DNA from: Eledone cirrhosa
Taxonomy: Eukaryota
Assembly (NCBI GenBank): GCA_964016885.1
Contig: OZ024743.1
Coordinates: 99,076,001 to 99,140,000 of the forward strand
Length of the DNA stretch: 64,000 bases
Reading direction: 5' to 3'
Each line of letters begins with the position of its first letter. Positions within the stretch are counted from its first letter, which is position 1. The notes below the pieces were generated by a model. The model had not been told where the DNA came from, did no database searches, and saw only the letters and a program-made list of their open reading frames with translations. Shown piece after piece: positions 55,984-64,000 of this stretch. The translations under genes were made by a program, and so were the position numbers.

Positions 55984-56590
55984 GGTGGCTGCCAACTCGT
56001 TTTCGAGTAGGGTCACTACTTTATATCCATGTAGGAGAACCCTACAGAAGCGCTGAACGAGTGTGACTTTTTAGTCCAGCCAGCGACTTGAAAACTCTGG
56101 TAACCACACTACACTTGTGACAATTATTGACACATAGTGCTGGGCCCATGGTACCATGTGATGACAAGTGCAGAGAGATCTCCAGATATAAAGCAATGCC
56201 TGTGCCGTGAAGCTTTTATAGTGAGCAAAGGCACTGCACAAAGCCAGTCCCACTCTCTTAACCAAGATGATATTTACCAAAAAGAAGAACAAGTCAACAT
56301 CATTGGATACCATCAGGGTTGCAGGTGTTATATCAGAGTTTTCCTTCTCCTATAATTCTGCCTTGACAAAGGTTAAGGGGTCATCTCTCCCGGTGATTTT
56401 GGATGGCCATTGACTCTTAAGAGCTCTTTTGCCCTTTGACAGGTTTTGTTTTTAGTCCTGCAGGATGTCCAAAGTCACCCTCCTTCCCAAGAAACCTTGG
56501 TGGAGTTGCCAGTTAGTCGCCAACGACCCGACCATGGGACAGGTTGTACTGGGATACATGTTACCCGTAGCACCAACTGGTGACCTGACA
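55984..56590 (-). mobile_element. Probable RTE-type 5' UTR fragment with a twister-like fold
   Basis: GC-richer island between CATA tracts; twister-like motifs at 56474-56583; no intact ORF. Confidence 0.45.
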
Positions 56591-56987
56591 CACGTACATA
56601 CATACATACATACATAATACATAGATACATACATAGATACATACATAGATACATACATAGATAGATACATACATACATACACATATACTCACAAACATTG
56701 ATTTATGCCTATTACATTACTTGTCGGTCAAATGTTTTTGCTAGTATTGTGGTTCCACATATATATTTTCTAGTAAGTGTGTTGCAGTGAGATGGCTTTT
56801 CATAAAAATGAATAGTAAAACTAATCAAATACAACACTGACATAGGCCCAAAGAATTCTTTGTTATAATTTTTTTTTTCCATTGCATATGGTGACTATAG
56901 ATTGAGAAATGATTGAAGATTTTGCTTAATATGTAAAAGATATGTCACACACAGAAGTGAAAAGGAATAATACAGTTTCCCAGAAAA

Positions 56988-57884
56988 TCTATATATATAA
57001 AACAGAGGATGTCTGTGTGTCTGTTTCCCTAAAACTCGAGAAGTACCCAACCGGTTTTTTTCAAACTTTATACATGTAATTCGTATGACCCCGGAAGTGT
57101 TTTGAGCAAAAAAAAATTCAAATTGTCAATGCCCTAGGGACCGCATTAGGCGATTTAGCGATCTCTTTCTCTTTGTCTTTCTCTTTTTAGATAGATACAT
57201 AGATATGACGTCGCGCCTTCATAATATCTGTCTGTATGCCTGACTGTCTGCATTACGTCGCACATACACACACTCACATGTTAATAGATTTTACTCTTAT
57301 TGGAACGCTCACACACACACACACGCACACATGTTAATAGTTAACGTCATGTATCTTTGACAGTATCAAAAGACAGCGTCTTTCACTCTCTCTCTCCCTC
57401 CCGCTATCCCCCTCTTGTAGTTTGTCTCTTTCTTTCACTCTCACTCTCTCTCTCTCTCTCTTTGTAACTTACATTCTATCGAAAAACGCTGTGACGAATG
57501 GGAGAAGGAGGAAGAAGAGAAAAAAAGCCACTTCGTCACTTCGCCTCACCGTTTCTTTCTCTCCCCTCTCACTCCCTCATTATGTAGAGACATTGGCCAC
57601 TTCACTAATTCGATCCCTAGGACAGAATAATTTGAAATTTCTTTTTGCTCAAAACACTTCCGGGGTCATATTTAAAGCAACGATTCTTTGCTTAAACATT
57701 AATATGTTATTTTAATATAGATATTCGTGTACAGATATTTTTGCACACACAAAAACAAAATATAAACAAACAAAGCCACAGATTACATCAATTAGTCTTA
57801 GTGTATGTACTTCATACTGCTTTTAGGTAGAATATCCCGTTAAGGGTGAAAGCAGTGATTCTTTGCTTAAACTTTAGTCTGTTA

Positions 57885-57920
<36 letters not shown>

Positions 57921-58066
57921 TATATTTATGGACAGATATTTTTGCATACACAATAACAAAATATAAACAAACGTATTTATTTCACGAGGTTCGATAAGAA
58001 TAAATATATATCAAATATATAAGAACCCTATAGCAAATCCCGAGCAATGCCGGGCCATTCTGCTAG
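56988..58066 (+). mobile_element. Complete non-autonomous Helitron-type element
   Basis: A|TCTATATATATAAAA 5' end; 3' hairpin CCCG-AGCAATGC-CGGG then CTAG|T; internal inverted repeat at about 57085-57140 and 57613-57669. Confidence 0.85.
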
Positions 58067-58726
58067 TAGTATATATATATATACATATATATACATACAC
58101 ACACACACACATATATATATACATACACACACATATATATATATATAGTAATAATAATAAATTTGAAGACTAAAATCCAAAGAGGGCTCGATAAGGATAA
58201 ATATGTATCAAATATATAAGAACTGTTTCAGAAGATCCCGTTAAGGGTGAAAGCAGCGATTCTTTGCTTAAACTTTAATCTGTTATTTTAATAAATATAT
58301 ATATATATATATACACATATATATATAAAATTGCATTTAAGTAACATCCCTTTTATACAGTAATGCTAGTAAAGAAGAGATGTACAGAGTTAATAAAAGG
58401 GTTTATGAGAATGTGATAAGTATAATAGGATAGACATGATAGAAATAACTTCTATGATAAAGTGGAAGAAGAAGAAGAGTAGCAAATAGCTTTGAAAAGG
58501 ATGTAAAACTGTCTTGTATATTCATATCATATAATGTATTGTTTAATTCAAAGTCTTCTCAGCCTGCTCAGAATGTTAAAATAAAATGAAATTGTTAATA
58601 AAATCATTAAGTACATTGTTAGAAATATCAAACGTAACGATTTTCATCTTTGTTTTAAAGTGCAATGAAAAGTGAATATTTAATATCAAATCTATTTGTG
58701 ATGTTATTCTCTATATCTTTTATAAC

Positions 58727-58734
58727 CACACACA

Positions 58735-58812
<78 letters not shown>

Positions 58813-58925
58813 TACTTACACACACACTCACACACATACACTCACACACACATTCAAACACACACAAATACTTACACACACTCCCTCACTCACACACACA
58901 CACTCCCTCACTCACACACACACAC
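58727..58925. repeat. (CA)n microsatellite
   Basis: Direct. Confidence 0.95.
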
Positions 58926-60083
58926 AGCAAGCAACAACAACAAAAAATAAGAAAGCAATCAGGTGTAGTGATGCTGCTACCAATACTCTACATAACAACC
59001 ATGTTGAGATATGGAAGCCAATTGGGAGTATATGATGAACTTGCATGAGAATTTAAAATGTCTAGAATACATCTAAAGATATTTAGATATGAATACAATG
59101 ATATTTAGTATATTTATAAGAATTAGGAAACAAATAAGAGCTTCAAGTAAGTTTCTTTATGTTAGATATATTAACAACATTAGTAGATGTAGATAAAATA
59201 ATGTCTAAAAACAAAGCAGTACACTGAAACCAATGCATTTAATTTAGTAATTCTCTGACATACAGTTCATACAATTGCCAACAAATCTTATTTAAAGAGA
59301 TGAGTTGGAAAATACAAGTGATAAATAAAGATAACAGAACATTTTAAACGTAGAAGAAAGAAAATGTGGTATAATAGGTCTTTTTATCATATCATAAGAT
59401 AACAATGAATATGACAATGGTGATGGTAATGATAGTGAATTAGTTACAAAGAAAATGAAGACTGTAATCTTATGATAGAACAAACAGTATCAAACTGAAT
59501 GTGTGCTGGAATAACTTTAGGCAGTGTAGGTAACCCAGACCAGAAAGTATTTCACTATATGTATATAGTTTTATACTGTTTTTGTTTTCAAGATCAAATC
59601 CTGCCATAGTTAACTATGTATTTTAATCCCTGCGGGGCCTATACAGTAGGTATCACACATAAGCTAACATTGATGCAACTAGCTATACCTCATCATAATA
59701 ATTTTATACCAGCTTCTCCATGCTGGTATTGGCTTGATGGGTCATTACAGACAAAGTTAGTACTTAATTGGAGCTACTGTCCTCTTAGATGGCTTGATAG
59801 ACTATATTTTACTCAGATACAATCCATTTTGGCATAGTTAGGGCAGCTTGATATTTTTCCCAATGACAACCACTTTACAGATGGCACATAAAACCGTATT
59901 TCACAGCTTATAAGCTGCACCCTTTTTCAAAAGAAAATCCCCCTGTGTTTTATCAAGGGTCAGTTTGGACTAGAGAGCTCTGCAGCTGCAATGGCCCTTA
60001 AATTAAGGCACAAGCATCTCCGCTAATATAAACGAGGGGGTGATCCCTTCTAAACCAACAATGGCAACTCTTTTTTAAGGTAA

Positions 60084-63000
60084 TAGTATTTAACAGAAGT
60101 ACTAATGGTGTTTAACAGTAGTACTAATGGTATTTAACAGTAGTACTAATGGTATTTAACAGTAGTACTAATGGTGTTTAACAGTAGTACTAATGGTGTT
60201 TAACAGTATTACTAATGGTGTTTAACAGTAGTACTAATGGTGTTTAACAGTAGTACTAATGGTGTTTAACAGTAGTACTAATGGTGTTTAACAGTAGTAC
60301 TAATGGTGTTTAACAGTAGTACTAATGGTGTTTAACAGTAGTACTAATGGTATTTAACAGTAGTACTAATGGTATTTAACAGTAGTACTAATGGTATTTA
60401 ACAGTAGTATTAATGGTATTTAACAGTAGTACTAATGGTGTTTAACAGTAGTACTAATGGTGTTTAACAGTAGTACTAATGGTATTTAACAGTAGTACTA
60501 ATGGTGTTTAACAGTAGTACTAATGGTATTTAACAGTAGTACTAATGGTATTTAACAGTAGTACTAATGGTGTTTAACAGTAGTACTAATGGCATTTAAC
60601 AGTAGTACTAATGGTGTTTAACAGTAGTACTAATGGTATTTAACAGTAGTACTAATGGTGTTTAACAGTAGTACTAATGGTGTTTAACAGTAGTACTAAT
60701 GGTATTTAACAGTAGTACTAATGGTGTTTAACAGTAGTACTAATGGTGTTTAACAGTAGTACTAATGGTATTTAACAGTAGTACTAATGGTATTTAACAG
60801 TAGTACTAATGGTATTTAACAGTAGTACTAATGGTATTTAACAGTAGTACTAATGGTGTTTAACAGTAGTACTAATGGTGTTTAACAGTAGTACTAATGG
60901 TATTTAACAGTAGTACTAATGGTATTTAACAGTAGTACTAATGGTATTTAACAGTAGTACTAATGGTGTTTAACAGTAGTACTAATGGTGTTTAACAGTA
61001 GTACTAATGGTATTTAACAGTAGTACTAACAGTGTTTAACAGTAGTACTAATGGTGTTTAACAGTAGTACTAATGGTATTTAACAGTAGTACTAATGGTA
61101 TTTAACAGTAGTACTAATGGTGTTTAACAGTAGTACTAATGGTATTTAACAGTAGTACTAATGGTGTTTAACAGTAGTACTAATGGTATTTAACATAGTT
61201 CTAATGGTGTTTAACAGTATTACTAATGGTATTTAACAGTAGTATTAATGGTATTTAACAGTAGTACTAATGTTATTTAACAGCAGTACTAATGGTATTT
61301 AACAGCAGTACTAATGGTGTTTAACAGTAGTACTAATGGTATTTAACATAGTACTAATGGTGTTTAACAGTAGTACTAATGGTATTTAACAGTAGTACTA
61401 ATGGTATTTAACAGTAGTACTAATGGTATTTAACAGTAGTACTAATGGTATTTAACAGTAGTACTAATGGTATTTAACAGTAGTACTAATGGTGTTTAAC
61501 AGTAGTACTAATGGTATTTAACAGTAGTACTAATGGTGTTTAACAGTAGTACTAATGGTGTTTAACAGTAGTACTAATGGTATTTAACAGTAGTACTAAT
61601 GGTGTTTAACAGTAGTACTAATGGTGTTTAACAGTAGTACTAATGGTATTTAACAGTAGTACTAATGGTATTTAACAGTAGTACTAATGGTATTTAACAG
61701 TAGTACTAATGGTATTTAACAGTAGTACTAATGGTGTTTAACAGTAGTACTAATGGTGTTTAACAGTAGTACTAATGGTATTTAACAGTAGTACTAATGG
61801 TATTTAACAGTAGTACTAATGGTATTTAACAGTAGTACTAATGGTGTTTAACAGTAGTACTAATGGTGTTTAACAGTAGTACTAATGGTATTTAACAGTA
61901 GTACTAACAGTGTTTAACAGTAGTACTAATGGTGTTTAACAGTAGTACTAATGGTATTTAACAGTAGTACTAATGGTATTTAACAGTAGTACTAATGGTG
62001 TTTAACAGTAGTACTAATGGTATTTAACATAGTTCTAATGGTGTTTAACAGTATTACTAATGGTATTTAACAGTAGTACTAATGGTATTTAACAGTAGTA
62101 CTAATGGTATTTAACAGTAGTACTAATGGTATTTAACAGTAGTACTAATGGTATTTAACAGTAGTACTAATGGTGTTTAACAGTAGTACTAATGGTATTT
62201 AACATAGTACTAATGGTGTTTAACAGTAGTACTAATGGTGTTTAACAGTAGTACTAATGGTGTTTAACAGTAGTACTAATGGTATTTAACAGCAGTACTA
62301 ATGGTGTTTAACAGTAGTACTAATGGTATTTAACAGTAGTACTAATGGTATTTAACAGTAGTACTAATGGTATTTAACAGTAGTACTAATGGTATTTAAC
62401 AGTAGTATTAATGGTATTTAACAGTAGTACTAATGGTGTTTAACTGTAGTACTAATGGTATTTAACAGTAGTACTAATGGTATTTAACAGTAGTACTAAT
62501 GGTATTTAACAGTAGTATTAATGGTATTTAACAGTAGTACTAATGGTGTTTAACTGTAGTACTAATGGTATTTAACAGTAGTATTAATGGTATTTAACAG
62601 TAGTACTAATGGTGTTTAACTGTAGTACTAATGGTATTTAACAGTAGTACTAATAGTATTTAACAGTAGTACTAATAGTATTTAAGAGTAGTACTAATGG
62701 TGTTTAACAGTAGTACTAATGGTATTTAACAGTAGTACTAATGGTATTTAACAGTAGTACTAATGGTATTTAACAGTAGTATTAATGGTATTTAACAGTA
62801 GTACTAATGGTATTTAACAGTAGTACTAATGGTATTTAACAGTAGGATTAATGGTATTTAACAGTAGTACTAATGGTGTTTAACTGTAGTACTAATGGTA
62901 TTTAACAGCAGTACTAATGGTGTTTAACAGTAGTACTAATGGTATTTAACAGCAGTACTAATGGTGTTTAACAGTAGTACTAATGGTGTTTAACAGTAGT

Positions 63001-64000
63001 ACTAATGGTATTTAACAGTAGTATTAATGGTATTTAACAGTAGTACTAATGGTATTTAACAGTAGTACTAATGGTATTTAACAGTAGTATTAATGGTATT
63101 TAACAGTAGTACTAATGGTATTTAACAGTAGTACTAATGGTGTTTAACAGTAGTACTAATGGTGTTTAACAGTAGTACTAATGGTGTTTAACAGTAGTAC
63201 TAATGGTGTTTAACAGTAGTACTAATGGCGTTTAACAGTAGTACTAATGGTGTTTAACAGTAGTACTAATGGCGCTTAACAGTAGTACTAATGGTGTTGA
63301 ACAGTAGTACTAATGGTGTTTAACAGTAGTACTAATGGTGTTTAACAGTAGTACTAATGGTGTTTAACAGTAGTACTAATGGTGTTTAACAGTAGTACTA
63401 ATGGTGTTTAACAGTATTACTAATGGTATTTAACAGTAGTACTAATGGTATTTAACAGCAGTGCTAATGGTGTTTAACAGTAGTACTAATGCTGTTTAAC
63501 AGCAGTACTAATGGTATTTAACAGCAGTACTAATGGTGTTTAACAGTAGTAGTAATGGTATTTAACAGTAGTACTAATAGTATTTAACAGTAGTACTAAT
63601 GGTATTTAACAGTAGTACTAATGGTGTTTAACAGTAGTACTAATGGTGTTTAACAGTAGTACTAATGGTATTTAACAGTAGTACTAACGGTGTTTAACAG
63701 TAGTACTAATGGTATTTAACAGTAGTACTAATGGTATTTAACAGTAGTACTAATGGTGTTTAACAGTAGTACTAATGGTATTTAACATAGTACTAATGGT
63801 GTTTAACAGTAGTACTAATGGTATTTAACAGTAGTACTAATGGTGTTTAACAGTAGTACTAATGGTATTTAACAGTAGTACTAATGGTGTTTAACAGTAG
63901 TACTAATGGTATTTAACAGTAGTACTAATGGTGTTTAACAGTAGTACTAATGGTGTTTAACAGTAGTACTAATGGTATTTAACAGTAGTACTAATGGTGT
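60084..64000. repeat. 22-bp satellite (TTTAACAGTAGTACTAATGGTR), about 175 units, runs off the window end
   Basis: Direct 22-nt periodicity with a G/A dimorphic site. Confidence 0.98.

Noticed and set aside
56500-56585. HDV-like ribozyme
   Set aside because: Could not assign P1, P3 and P1.1 consistently; a twister-like pairing fits better

Overview
Repeat-dominated eukaryotic DNA with no recognisable host gene. The repeat landscape (tRNA-derived SINEs, RTE LINEs with (GAT)n tails, abundant TA/CATA microsatellites) suggests an Octopus-like cephalopod, which is an inference. Three large tandem arrays are present: a 40-bp satellite (1-13890) carrying three identical copies of a 673-bp L1/Tx1 ORF2 fragment, a 55-bp pyrimidine-rich minisatellite (38491-45139) and a 22-bp satellite (60084-end). 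Between them lie many 5'-truncated RTE LINEs of at least three families, a nearly complete but inactivated R4/Dong-like RLE retrotransposon in a (CATA)n tract, Penelope-like (GIY-YIG) fragments, Helitron-type non-autonomous elements and SINEs. The main signal is non-coding. At least five sequence-unrelated type I minimal hammerhead ribozyme motifs lie in (TA)n islands. One sits inside a 430-bp unit with about 145 bp of terminal redundancy (retrozyme-like). Several sit inside asymmetric fold-back palindromes that follow a common short-arm/tailed-arm rule. A twister-like fold lies in an RTE-type 5' end. All RNA folds were paired by eye and need computational and experimental confirmation.
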